64,000 nucleotides of DNA from Planctomycetota bacterium (lineage in GTDB: Bacteria; Planctomycetota; SZUA-567; H5-PLA8), in NCBI GenBank assembly GCA_045863855.1, contig BTVV01000005.1, positions 32,001-96,000 of the forward strand, in the 5' to 3' direction. The position numbers and the translations under genes are program-made. A model generated the notes under the pieces. That model was given only the letters and a program-made list of their open reading frames with translations. It had not been told where the DNA came from and ran no database searches. Shown piece by piece: positions 1-9,389 of this stretch; position 1 is the stretch's first letter, and each line of letters starts with the position of its first letter.

Positions 1-1129
1 ACAGGCGCGCGACTTCTTCGATCAGATCGGCCTCGCGCTCCAGATCGCCACGCCGCCAAGTGGGCGCGAGCACGACGAGTTTGTCGGCGCGTTCTTCGCG
101 GACGGTGCAGCCGAGGGTTTCGAGGATACGGCGCGCTTCGGCGGGCGGAACGCGAACGCCGTACAGGCTCTCGAGGCGCGCGAAGCGCAATTCGATGGGC
201 TTCTCGGCGCGCGGCTGCGGACGCGTGTCGATCAGGCCGGGCGCGACGGCGCCGCCGGCGACTTCGGCGATGAGGCGCGCGGCACGCGCGCTGGCGTGCG
301 CCACCGCGTCCGCGTCGATGCCGCGTTCGAAGCGGTAGCTGCTGTCGGTGCCCACCTTCAAGCGGCGGCAAGTGCGGCGCGTATTCGCCGGATCGAAGTA
401 AGCCGACTCGAGCAGGATATCCACCGTCTCGGGCGAGACTTCGCTGCCCGCGCCGCCGATGATGCCGCCGATGGCCACGGGCCGCTGCGCATCGGCGATC
501 ACCAGCGTCTCGGCCGTCAACGGAGGAAGTTCCCCGTAGAGCGGCTTGAACGCTTCCTTGTCGCGCGCACGGCGGACGACGATCCGGCGTCCGTCTAGTT
601 TATTCAGATCGAACGCGTGGAGCGGCTGGTTGAGTTCGAAGAGGACGTAATTGGTGACGTCGACGATGTTGTTGCGCGGGATCAGCCCCATCGAACGCAG
701 GCGCGCCTGGAGCCAATCGGGCGAAGGGCCGACTTTCACGCCGCGGATGACGCGGGCGGTGTAGCGCGGGCAAAGCGCGGAGTCTTCGACGCTCACTTGG
801 GCCGATTCGGCGGCCGGCGCGCCGGCGGCCGCAACTTCGCACGGTGGCGGCAGGAAGCGCACGCCCAGGATCGCGGCAACTTCGCGCGCCAAACCGGCCA
901 GGCCCTGGCAATCGGGGCGGTTGGCCAGGACGGTGAGATCCAGTACCGCATCGAGGCCGGCGCCTTCGACGCTTTCGACTTCGAAGCCGGCGAAGGTGAG
1001 CAGGGTGGCGAGCATCCGCGCGGGGTCGTCCGAACCGTGCAGTTCCCAGCGTTTGCACGCGTCGGCCAAGACTTTGGGCGGCAACCCGCCTTCGAGAAAT
1101 TCCTGCAGCCAGCGTAGAGGCAGTTTCAT
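1..1129 (-). CDS. pheT: Phenylalanine--tRNA ligase beta subunit (5' part, runs off window start)
   Basis: Manual translation from ATG at 1129: MKLPLRWLQEFL...TFAGFEVE...LDLTVLANRPDCQGLAGLAREVAA...FELNQPLHAFDL. These are PheT B1/B3-4 motifs. Directly downstream of pheS. Not in the ORF track because it is truncated. Confidence 0.95.
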   Translation of the reverse strand, partial: MKLPLRWLQEFLEGGLPPKVLADACKRWELHGSDDPARMLATLLTFAGFEVESVEGAGLDAVLDLTVLANRPDCQGLAGLAREVAAILGVRFLPPPCEVAAAGAPAAESAQVSVEDSALCPRYTARVIRGVKVGPSPDWLQARLRSMGLIPRNNIVDVTNYVLFELNQPLHAFDLNKLDGRRIVVRRARDKEAFKPLYGELPPLTAETLVIADAQRPVAIGGIIGGAGSEVSPETVDILLESAYFDPANTRRTCRRLKVGTDSSYRFERGIDADAVAHASARAARLIAEVAGGAVAPGLIDTRPQPRAEKPIELRFARLESLYGVRVPPAEARRILETLGCTVREERADKLVVLAPTWRRGDLEREADLIEEVARL

Positions 1130-1160
1130 GATTTCATCTCACCGTCGTACCTGAGTGCGG

Positions 1161-2210
1161 TCAGACCTGGCGCAAGAAGCGCAGGTCGTTTTCAAGAAAC
1201 AGACGCAAGTCGTCGATGCCGTGCCTGCGCATCGCCATGCGTTCGATGCCGAATCCGAACGCGAAGCCGGTCCAGACTTCCGGGTCGTACGCGTTATCGC
1301 CGCGGGCGCGGTTTACGGCCAAGAATACGTTGGGATCGACCATCCCGCAGCCGCCCAGTTCCACCCAACCGGTGCCCTTGCAGACGTTGCAGCCCGATCC
1401 GCCGCACGCGGGGCAACTCGCATCCATCTCCGCGCTGGGCTCGGTGAACGGGAAGAAGCTGGGCCGGAACCGCACGCGCGTGCCGGCGCCGAAGAGGCCC
1501 TCGACGAAGAGCTGCAAGGTTCCGCGCAGGTCCGCCATGCTCACGCCGCGGTCTACGTATAGGCCCTCGATCTGGTGGAAGGTGCTGGCGTGGGTGGCGT
1601 CGATCTTGTCGGGCCGGTAGACGCGGCCGGGGGCGATCACGCGCAGCGGCGGTTTGCGCGATTCCATCACGCGGACTTGGACGGTGCTGGTCTGGCTGCG
1701 CAGCAGCGCACGGCTGCCGTCGAGGAAGAACGTATCGAAGCTGTCGCGCGACGGATGGTCGGCGGGAATGTTCAGGTCGTCGAAATTGTGCCGCTCATCC
1801 TCGACTTCCGGCCCTTCGACTACTTCGAAGCCGAGCGCGCCGAGGAGTTCGCGCAAGCGGTCGACGGTGCGCGTGAGCGGATGGCGGCGACCGAGTTCGG
1901 GGCGCTGCTCGGGCGGGAGCGGTTCGGTAACGTCGAGCTTGGGGCCGCTCGCGGCGGCAGGCTTGCCGCACGCGGCTTGGGCCGCGGCGAAGGCCGCTTC
2001 CAGTTCGGCGCTGGCTTCGTTGAGCTGCTTGCCGGCCTGCGGCTTTTCGGCAGGCGGGACTTCCTTCATGCGCTTGGCAAACGCCTTGAGCGAACCTTTG
2101 GCGCCGAGGAAGCGGATACGCGCCTGCTCAAGTGTGGCAGCGTCCTTCGCGGCGCCGAAGGCGGCCAGCGCTTCGGCGCGCAAGGTTTGCAGATCGTCGA
2201 GGAAACTCAT
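1161..2210 (-). CDS. pheS: Phenylalanine--tRNA ligase alpha subunit
   Basis: NFDDLNIPADHPSRD, LLRSQTS, PGRVYR, FHQIEG, FRPSFFPFTEPSAE, GFAFGFGIERMAM class II motifs. Confidence 0.98.
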   Translation of the reverse strand: MSFLDDLQTLRAEALAAFGAAKDAATLEQARIRFLGAKGSLKAFAKRMKEVPPAEKPQAGKQLNEASAELEAAFAAAQAACGKPAAASGPKLDVTEPLPPEQRPELGRRHPLTRTVDRLRELLGALGFEVVEGPEVEDERHNFDDLNIPADHPSRDSFDTFFLDGSRALLRSQTSTVQVRVMESRKPPLRVIAPGRVYRPDKIDATHASTFHQIEGLYVDRGVSMADLRGTLQLFVEGLFGAGTRVRFRPSFFPFTEPSAEMDASCPACGGSGCNVCKGTGWVELGGCGMVDPNVFLAVNRARGDNAYDPEVWTGFAFGFGIERMAMRRHGIDDLRLFLENDLRFLRQV

Positions 2211-2234
2211 AGGGGCACCCGTCGTGTATCTAAG

Positions 2235-2262
2235 AAAAAAGGGCGCACGTTCGTGCGCCCTT
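2235..2262 (-). terminator. Rho-independent terminator after rplT
   Basis: Minus strand reads AAGGGCGCAC-GAAC-GTGCGCCCTTTTTT: perfect GC stem followed by a U tract. Confidence 0.8.
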
Positions 2263-2294
2263 CGCGTTCCTGCCTGTGTAAAAAGCTCTGCGGA

Positions 2295-2648
2295 TCAGGC
2301 GCGCGCGGCGCTGGACGTTTCCACGAGCTTGGTAAACGCCGCTTCGTCACGGACGGCCAGATCGGCAAGCATCTTGCGGTCGAGTTCGAGTCCGGCCTTC
2401 TTCAAGCCGTTGATGAAGGTGGAGTAGTTCACACCGCGCTGTTCGCACGCCGCGGAGATGCGGGTGATCCACAGTTGGCGGAAGGTGCGCTTCTTGACGC
2501 GGCGGTCGCGCGTGGCGAACCACTCGGCGCGGTCCACCGTTTCGCTGGCGACGCGGATCAGATTGCCGCGCGAACCCCAAAAGCCCTTGGCGCGGTCGAG
2601 CACCTTCTTGACGCGCTTACGGCGAGGTACGTTCGTTTTTGTACGCAT
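2295..2648 (-). CDS. rplT: 50S ribosomal protein L20
   Basis: AKGFWGSR...[21 protein letters not shown]...[11 protein letters not shown]. Confidence 0.98.
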   Translation of the reverse strand: MRTKTNVPRRKRVKKVLDRAKGFWGSRGNLIRVASETVDRAEWFATRDRRVKKRTFRQLWITRISAACEQRGVNYSTFINGLKKAGLELDRKMLADLAVRDEAAFTKLVETSSAARA

Positions 2649-2690
2649 GGCTTACGTCCTTATCTTCTAAATGCGGAATGGTTTCGGGAA

Positions 2691-2888
2691 TCAGCGCAGG
2701 CACAGCAGGCGCAGCAGACGCCGCGCTTCGGCCTTCGTCGCCAAGGTGGCTTTGCGCAAGCGTCGCTTCCGGTTCTTCGACTTCCCGGTGGCCAGATGCT
2801 TCTTCCAGCCCTGATAGCGCTTGACCTGCCCGCTCTTGGTAACCTTCACGCGCTTGGAAACGCCTTTGTGCGTCTTCTGCTTCGGCAT
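2691..2888 (-). CDS. rpmI: 50S ribosomal protein L35
   Basis: MPKQKTHKGVSKRVKVTKSG...RKRRLRK; upstream of rplT. Confidence 0.97.
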   Translation of the reverse strand: MPKQKTHKGVSKRVKVTKSGQVKRYQGWKKHLATGKSKNRKRRLRKATLATKAEARRLLRLLCLR

Positions 2889-2948
2889 GATGCAACTCCC
2901 TTGCCCGGCGCGACCTGCGACGGGCCTCCCCCTAGGAAGGAAAGAGGG

Positions 2949-2976
2949 TTTATAGCGCGGGTCAAAGGCTTTGCAA
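2949..2976 (-). promoter_or_regulatory. Putative sigma70 promoter of rpmI-rplT
   Basis: Minus strand TTGCAA-N16-TATAAA about 60 nt upstream of rpmI. Confidence 0.55.
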
Positions 2977-3000
2977 CCGTATTATGGCACTTGTGCGCCA

Positions 3001-3028
3001 TTGACCCTCCTGGTCCCTCGGGCACAAT
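3001..3028 (+). promoter_or_regulatory. Putative sigma70 promoter of the TMTC-like operon
   Basis: TTGACC-N16-CACAAT, 21 nt before the ATG at 3050. Confidence 0.45.
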
Positions 3029-3049
3029 GTTAATCCATTCGAGGTTCCT

Positions 3050-4987
3050 ATGCCCAGCGCGGCTTCCGGCGAAATCCCAGTTACTTCCGCCGCGCCAAGC
3101 ACTTGCGGTTGGGCCGAAGCGCCCTGGGTGGCAGCGGCGCTGTTTCTGGCTCCCTTCCTTTTATATGCTCAAGGGTACGACTACGGCCTGCTTGGAATTG
3201 ACGACACCTCGTACTACGGCAACCCGTTGCTCCGTGAGACGTCCGCGCTCTGGAAGGTCTGGGCCGACGTGTATATGAGCGAGTACCTTCCGATCATGCA
3301 ACTCACGTTTTGGCTTGATCTTGCGGTAGGTGGGTCGGGCGGATTCGCGTTCGCGCGGGTACAGCAGTTGGTCTGGCTGGGGGTGGGCACGCTGGCGGTG
3401 CGAGCCGTGTGCACTCGCCTGACTGGACGCCGAGATTTAAGTACTTTTGTCGCCATGCTTTACGCGGTACATCCGGTGAATGCCGACGGCACGTTATGGC
3501 TGGCCGAACGCAAAAGCGTGCTGGCCTTCGCTTTTACGTACTGGAGCATCGAGCGATACCTAGCGGCTCGAAGCGAAGACTCGCTGCGTTGGGGCGCTTG
3601 GATCGCGGCGCTTGCTTTGGGCGGCTTAGGGTTGCTCTCGAAACCGCACGCCGTGGCGTTACCCGGGATGCTCTTGGCGTACGAGCTTTGCATGGGTCGC
3701 GGAAGTTGGGGGCGGCGCGCGGTGGCACTGGCGCCGTTCGTCGCCATGACCGGGCTGTATACCTTCTTGAGCCTGACGTATTGGCGCGGCGATCTGATTC
3801 GCGAACCGTTGGGCGGCAGCCGAATCGCCGCAGTGATTTCCACCGGGCCGATCCTGTGGCGCTACGGCGCTCACGTGCTGGCGCCGATTCATCTCTCGTT
3901 CGTGTATGCCGTTCAGGAATTGGCGCCAAGTTCCGTTTGGGGCTGGTGCGCATGGCTGGGCGCAACCGTGCTGCTAGCCTTGGCGGCGTGGCCGTCGTCC
4001 ACGCGCAAGGCGGTTCTGTGCGGCGGGTTGATGGGCTTGGCGGCGCTCGTCCCGGCGTTGAATCTGGTTCCGCAAATCTATCCGATGAGCGATCACTACC
4101 TGCAATGGGCGCTTCCGGTTTGGCTGTTGGCGCCGTTGCTGCTTCTCGATGCGGCCTGTACGCGGTGGTTTCCAGCCCGTGGCCACCGGCCCGTGACTTG
4201 GCTCGCGTGCCTGGCGGCGTTCTTGCTGGCTTGCCTGACCTTGGCGCGGGTGCCCGAGTACGCATCGGCCTATGCGGTCCTCGATCACGCGGTACGCCAA
4301 CAGCCGCAAACCGGTTTGGCTTGGGCGCCTTACGCCGCTCAGTTGAATGCGCGCAACGGTCCCGAGTCGGCGGTGGGTCAAGCCTGCGTGCGCGCGCTGG
4401 AATCGCCGGATGCGCATCGTTTGCTGCCGCACGACCGGCTTTTCGTCACGCCGCGAGCTGCGCGCTTTCTATACGAGCAAGGCCAGACGGAAGCAGCCCT
4501 CGCGCTGATCGAGCGCTCCTTCGTTCAGTTCCAGCACGGCCCCAACGGGTGGCCGCAGGTGATGCGCGCGGAAGCGTTGTTTTATTTGAAGCGCCATGCG
4601 GAAGCACTGGCATCCTTGGAACCCTTAGTCAGCGAGGAACAGCGCCGCGTCGCCGCCAGCCTTCGTGAACGCTGCGCGGAGGGGACGCCATTGCCTCAAG
4701 AATTACCGCCATTCCTTGCGCTCAAAATCGAAGGCGGTGACGCCTATGACACCACGCACGCGAACTTCGTCGAGTTTCGGATGCTTTTCCTGCTCAGCCG
4801 TACGTACATGGCCTTGGGTCAAAACGCGCAGGCTTTCGATTGGGCGCTGGTGCTGGGAAACATGTTCCCGCATACGGAGGCTTCCCGGTTGCTTCTGGCC
4901 GTCTTGTACGAACAACTGGGCAAGCCGGAGGCGGCTCGGCGATTGCGTACGCGGGCGCGAAACGTACCTCCAGGAGCGGGCGCGTGA
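3050..4987 (+). CDS. TMTC-like GT-C membrane glycosyltransferase with C-terminal TPR-like region, paralog 1
   Basis: First TM followed by GIDD acidic loop; Y-x-P...FWLD; HPV...WLAERK; LSKPHAVALP; MSDHYLQWALP; many TM segments then a helical tail. Confidence 0.7.
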   Translation: MPSAASGEIPVTSAAPSTCGWAEAPWVAAALFLAPFLLYAQGYDYGLLGIDDTSYYGNPLLRETSALWKVWADVYMSEYLPIMQLTFWLDLAVGGSGGFAFARVQQLVWLGVGTLAVRAVCTRLTGRRDLSTFVAMLYAVHPVNADGTLWLAERKSVLAFAFTYWSIERYLAARSEDSLRWGAWIAALALGGLGLLSKPHAVALPGMLLAYELCMGRGSWGRRAVALAPFVAMTGLYTFLSLTYWRGDLIREPLGGSRIAAVISTGPILWRYGAHVLAPIHLSFVYAVQELAPSSVWGWCAWLGATVLLALAAWPSSTRKAVLCGGLMGLAALVPALNLVPQIYPMSDHYLQWALPVWLLAPLLLLDAACTRWFPARGHRPVTWLACLAAFLLACLTLARVPEYASAYAVLDHAVRQQPQTGLAWAPYAAQLNARNGPESAVGQACVRALESPDAHRLLPHDRLFVTPRAARFLYEQGQTEAALALIERSFVQFQHGPNGWPQVMRAEALFYLKRHAEALASLEPLVSEEQRRVAASLRERCAEGTPLPQELPPFLALKIEGGDAYDTTHANFVEFRMLFLLSRTYMALGQNAQAFDWALVLGNMFPHTEASRLLLAVLYEQLGKPEAARRLRTRARNVPPGAGA

Positions 4988-6936
4988 ACCCCGGAGACGC
5001 TGCGGCATCTGGCGCGGCGCCGCTGCCTGTTTTCCGGCGTTGGCCGAACGCGGCGGCCGACGGCGCGCTGGCGCTGCTGGCCGTCTTGCTTTATGCGCCG
5101 ACCTTGGGTTTCGGGCTCATCGGCGTGGACGAATCGGTTTACTACTTCCAAAATCCGGCGCTGGCGGGCGGAGCGCCTTCGGGGCTGGGCGCGTTGTGGC
5201 GGAGCGCCTACTTCAGCGATTACTTTCCGATCACGCAGATCACGCTTTGGATCGACCTCGCGGTCTTCGATCCGCCGCCCTGGTACGGTCCGCGGGTGCA
5301 CGGATTACTCTGGTGGATCCTCGGGATATGGGCGGTGCGGCGCGTGATCGAACGGCTCAGCGGGAGCTACGGGATGGGCTGCGCCGTCGCGGTCCTGTTC
5401 GCGGCCCATCCGGTTTGCGTAAGCTCGGTGGTCTGGCTGGCGCAGCGTAAAAACCTCGTCTGCTTCGCGTTGAGCTTCTGGTCCGTCGCGCATTACGTAT
5501 CCGGCCGTTCATCCGATCCGCCTGCCGGAATGCGCCGCATGGTAAGCGCATGGATCCTGCTGGCTCTGGCGCTGCTGGCGAAGGCGCACGCGGTGGCGGT
5601 GCCGCTCGTGCTGCTCATTCTGGAACTGGGACTGTTGCCCGGAACCTTGCGGCGCGCATTCCTGGCCTGGTTTCCGTTCGCGCTGCTGGGCGCGGGGTTC
5701 GTGATCTTAAATCTGGCGGTCTGGCGCTCGGACTTGCAGCAGCCGATGATCGGCGGCAGCCTGGCGGGCGCGGCCTGGAGTTCGATTCCGCTACTGGCCA
5801 GCTACCTCCACTCCACCGTCTTCCCGTTCCAGCTCTCGTTCTATTACGCGGCGTTGGAGCCCCCGTTGGGCGATCCCGGGACGTGGGGCGTTCTGGCAGG
5901 AGTCGCTGCGGCGGCGGCTTTCACCGTTTGGTGGCTGCGTCCGGCGCAGCGGACCCTGTGCGCGTGGCTGCTGGGATTCGCGGCGCTCTTGCCGGCGATC
6001 AACTTGATTCCGCAGCCGGTCTCGATGGCGGATCATTATCACCTTTGGGCGCTGCCGTTCTGGTTGTGGGTGCTGGCGGCTGCGGGCGGGCGGCTGGCGG
6101 CGCGGTTCGGCGCGGCGCGTGAAGGAACGGCGTCGGCAATCCTGACGGGAAGCGCGGCGGCGGCGCTGGCGGGGGTTACCCTTTGGCATGCGCAGGGTTT
6201 CGCGAGTCCGGGGGAACTTTTCGCTCGAGCGGTGCTGCACGAACCGAACTCGTCGTGGGCGCACGCGGCAAACGCTCGTGCGCTGCACGGCAGCGTCTTG
6301 CCGCACATGCAGCGGATGGCCGGTCCCGCGGCGTGGCACGCGCTGCGCGTTCCGGACGCGCACCGGCTGTTGCCGCAGGACCGCGCCTTCGCGATCGCGC
6401 TGGCGTGCGAAGATCTCTGGCAACGCGGGAAGCCGGTTGAAGCCGAGGGCCTTTTGGAGCGCGAAGCGGCGCTCATCGCCGATCCGTGGCTGCGCGCGGC
6501 GACGGTGGCGGAGGCGGCGCTAAAAACGCGGCGCGCGGCGCGAGCTGCGGAGGCGCTGGAACCGTTGATTACGGAAGCCTTCGGCGCGCAAGCAGCGGTG
6601 CTGCGCCGGAGTTGCCGCTCGGGCGAGACGCGTCCGGACGAGTTGCCCCCGGCGGAACTGCGGCTGCAGATCGCGGATGCGTTCGCGCATGCGGCGGTAA
6701 ACGAGACGGCGCGCAAGGCTCTGTTCCTGCTCGCGCGTGCGGAGGTGGAACGGGAACGGCTCGAGGATGCCTTCGACGCGGCGGCGGTGTTGGTGAACCT
6801 GGAGCCCGAGTACGTGCCGGGGCGATTGCTGCTGGCGGAAATCTACCGGCGGCTGGGCGCGGCGGAAGCGGCCGAGGCGCTGGGCCGGACGCATCCGAAG
6901 CCGGCGGCGGCCGGGCGGAGCGGCGATGAACGCTGA
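4984..6936 (+). CDS. TMTC-like GT-C glycosyltransferase, paralog 2
   Basis: GTG at 4984 overlaps the previous stop (GTGA). GVDE, YFPITQITLWID, HPV...WLAQRKN, AKAHAVAVP, MADHYHLWALP. Confidence 0.7.
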   Translation: MNPGDAAASGAAPLPVFRRWPNAAADGALALLAVLLYAPTLGFGLIGVDESVYYFQNPALAGGAPSGLGALWRSAYFSDYFPITQITLWIDLAVFDPPPWYGPRVHGLLWWILGIWAVRRVIERLSGSYGMGCAVAVLFAAHPVCVSSVVWLAQRKNLVCFALSFWSVAHYVSGRSSDPPAGMRRMVSAWILLALALLAKAHAVAVPLVLLILELGLLPGTLRRAFLAWFPFALLGAGFVILNLAVWRSDLQQPMIGGSLAGAAWSSIPLLASYLHSTVFPFQLSFYYAALEPPLGDPGTWGVLAGVAAAAAFTVWWLRPAQRTLCAWLLGFAALLPAINLIPQPVSMADHYHLWALPFWLWVLAAAGGRLAARFGAAREGTASAILTGSAAAALAGVTLWHAQGFASPGELFARAVLHEPNSSWAHAANARALHGSVLPHMQRMAGPAAWHALRVPDAHRLLPQDRAFAIALACEDLWQRGKPVEAEGLLEREAALIADPWLRAATVAEAALKTRRAARAAEALEPLITEAFGAQAAVLRRSCRSGETRPDELPPAELRLQIADAFAHAAVNETARKALFLLARAEVERERLEDAFDAAAVLVNLEPEYVPGRLLLAEIYRRLGAAEAAEALGRTHPKPAAAGRSGDER

Positions 6937-8836
6937 ACTTGGCACGGCCCCGTGGCCGCTGCGGCTCTGGCAGGAGCGCGCGCTGCTGGCGCTGGCTCCG
7001 CTGCTGCTGTACGGCGCTTCGCTTTCCTTCGGGCTGCTGGAGTACGACGACAGCGTATTTTACCTGCACAATCCGGCGCTCCAGGAAGGCTTCGGCGAAC
7101 TGTGGACGAGCGTATTCTTCAGCGAGTACCAACCGGTCACGCAGACGACCTTCTGGCTGGATCTGAAGCTGGGCGCGCCGAACGTCTGGTGGCCGGCGCG
7201 GCTGCAAGGGTTGTTCTGGTTCGTGCTGGGTGCGTGGGCGGTGCACGCATGGCTGTTGCGCGCGACGGGCCGGCGCGGGGTGGCGTTCGCCGTGGCGCTG
7301 ATCTGCGCGGTGCATCCGGTGGCCGCGCCGACGGTGCTGTGGCTGGCCGAGCGGAAAAACCAACTCTGCTTCGCGTTCTCGTTCTTCGCGCTGGAGCGCT
7401 ACCTGGCGGCGCGCGAGAGCACAGAGACGAAAGAAGCGTATGGGCGCGGCGCGGCGGCGTTCGCGCTGATGCTACTGGCGCTGGGTTCGAAGATTCACGC
7501 GGTGGCGCTGCCGGCGGCTATGCTGATTCATGAACTGGTAAAGGCGAGCGCAAGCTGGCGCGGCGGCGCGGACGCACAGGCGGCGCGGAATTCCTGGCGC
7601 GTGCGCGCGATGTGGCTGGCGCCGTTTTTCCTGCTTTCGGCCTTGGCGGCGGGCTTGAGTCTGGCGTATCTGCGCACCGATACGACCGGCGAACTGTTGG
7701 GCGGAAGCCGGCTCGCGGCGCTGAACGGCGACGGGCTGATCGTCCGGCGCTACCTGTGGCACCTGATTTGGCCGCGCGATCTGGCGCTGTGGTACGCCGT
7801 GGACGAGCCGCCGGCCGCGGATCCTTCGGGCTGGCTGGCGTGGCTGAGCGTATGCGCGGCGTTGGGAGCGAGCGTAGCGGCGGCGCGGGACCGGCGCATG
7901 GCGCTGCTGGGGATCGGGACCGGCTTCGCCTTCCTGGGATTGACGTTCAACGTTTTCGTGTACCACCCGTTTTTTATGGCCGACCATTACTTGCATTGGG
8001 CGCTACCGGGGTGGCTGCTGGCGGCGGCGTTGGGCGTGGAAGGCGCGCTGGCGCGGTTGAACTTGCCAAGTCTGCTACGGTATGCGGCGGCCACCGTGGC
8101 GGTGCTGGTGTGCGGATTTTTCTCGTTCGAACGAGTGCCGCTCTTCGCCTCGCGCTTGGTGCTTTTCGACCACGATACGCGCGTGCAGCCGGATTCGCCT
8201 CAAGCCTGGGCGCAGTATGCACTGACGCTGTACCGCAGCTCGTCGAATGAGTGGCATGCCCTTACGGGCGCGGTGGCGCTGGAAGCCTTGAAGCGCCCGA
8301 ACGGGCACCGCGTGATGCCGAAGCTCCGCGCGATGCTGATCCGGGAAGGCGCTCTGGCGCTACACCGATCGGGACAGCCGTCGGCGGCGCGGGCGTTGTG
8401 CGAAGCGGAATGCACGCGCTTTACGGGGAGTTGGAAGCCGCTGGCCGAGATGACCCGCGCGCAGGTAGCCAACTACACCGGGCGTCCGGCGGAAGCGGTG
8501 GCGTTAATGCAAAGCGTCTGGCAAGAGGCACACGCGCGGGCGGCGCGGATCCTGCGCGAAGCCTGGAGCGCACGCGGGGACGCTCCCGACGCTCAGCCGC
8601 CGCTGCTGAAGCTGCCGATCGCGAGCCTCGATCCGTTCGACCCGCTGGTGGGTTCGGCCTTTCAGTACGAACAGCTCCGGACGCTGGCCGAGGCGTATCT
8701 GCTTTCAGGCGACTTGGAGCGCGCGTGGGAAGTGTCGGCGGTGCTGGTCAATATGGCGCCTGCGTACAGCGACGGGCAGAGCGTATGGCGCGAAGTGCTC
8801 CGGCGGAAAGACGCGAAAGCGGCGGGCGGCCCGTAA
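6926..8836 (+). CDS. TMTC-like GT-C glycosyltransferase, paralog 3
   Basis: EYDD, YQPVTQTTFWLD, HPV...WLAERKN, SKIHAVALP, MADHYLHWALP; 11-nt overlap with paralog 2. Confidence 0.7.
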   Translation: MNAELGTAPWPLRLWQERALLALAPLLLYGASLSFGLLEYDDSVFYLHNPALQEGFGELWTSVFFSEYQPVTQTTFWLDLKLGAPNVWWPARLQGLFWFVLGAWAVHAWLLRATGRRGVAFAVALICAVHPVAAPTVLWLAERKNQLCFAFSFFALERYLAARESTETKEAYGRGAAAFALMLLALGSKIHAVALPAAMLIHELVKASASWRGGADAQAARNSWRVRAMWLAPFFLLSALAAGLSLAYLRTDTTGELLGGSRLAALNGDGLIVRRYLWHLIWPRDLALWYAVDEPPAADPSGWLAWLSVCAALGASVAAARDRRMALLGIGTGFAFLGLTFNVFVYHPFFMADHYLHWALPGWLLAAALGVEGALARLNLPSLLRYAAATVAVLVCGFFSFERVPLFASRLVLFDHDTRVQPDSPQAWAQYALTLYRSSSNEWHALTGAVALEALKRPNGHRVMPKLRAMLIREGALALHRSGQPSAARALCEAECTRFTGSWKPLAEMTRAQVANYTGRPAEAVALMQSVWQEAHARAARILREAWSARGDAPDAQPPLLKLPIASLDPFDPLVGSAFQYEQLRTLAEAYLLSGDLERAWEVSAVLVNMAPAYSDGQSVWREVLRRKDAKAAGGP

Positions 8837-8847
8837 CGCCCCACCGT

Positions 8848-9210
8848 TCAGCTCTTTTCGACCGGTTCGATGGTGGCGCTCATGCTGCCGGGCGAACGCT
8901 CAAGAAGCGGATCGGGACCGAAGGCCCGAATCTGGTCGCGCTTGAGTTCGGCGCGTTCCAGCGAGGTGGTATCGACGATGGTGACGCCGGCGCTGTCGAC
9001 CTCGACGGCGTGGCGGTAGGCCTTTTCGGCGGACATCCCGAAGAGCTGCATCAGCATCACGATCACGTAATGGTAGGTATGGTCGTCGTCGTTGTGCAGG
9101 ATCACATGGTACAGCGGGGCGAATTTCTGGCGCCGGTCGGTCTGGGTGTCCTTTTCCGGAAGCACTTGGGTGCCGGGAGTCGGGCTTTGGGGCTTGAGAG
9201 GCTCGGACAT
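8848..9210 (-). CDS. clpS: ATP-dependent Clp protease adaptor ClpS
   Basis: PLYHVILHNDDDHTYHYVIVML...AVEVDSAG...AELK...MSATIEP. Confidence 0.92.
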   Translation of the reverse strand: MSEPLKPQSPTPGTQVLPEKDTQTDRRQKFAPLYHVILHNDDDHTYHYVIVMLMQLFGMSAEKAYRHAVEVDSAGVTIVDTTSLERAELKRDQIRAFGPDPLLERSPGSMSATIEPVEKS

Positions 9211-9389
9211 TCGACAGCTGCTCCACGCACGTTGCGCGAATTATAGTAAGTAGGGGGGCGTTGGAAAGAGGATGGCGGCCGAATTCGTGCGGGGGCAGGC
9301 TCAATTCCGGCAAAAGCCCAAATGAGGGTCCGGTTCGGCTCGTCTAAGCTGTACGATCTTCCGCAGGGACGGGATGGAGGCGCAGGGTC

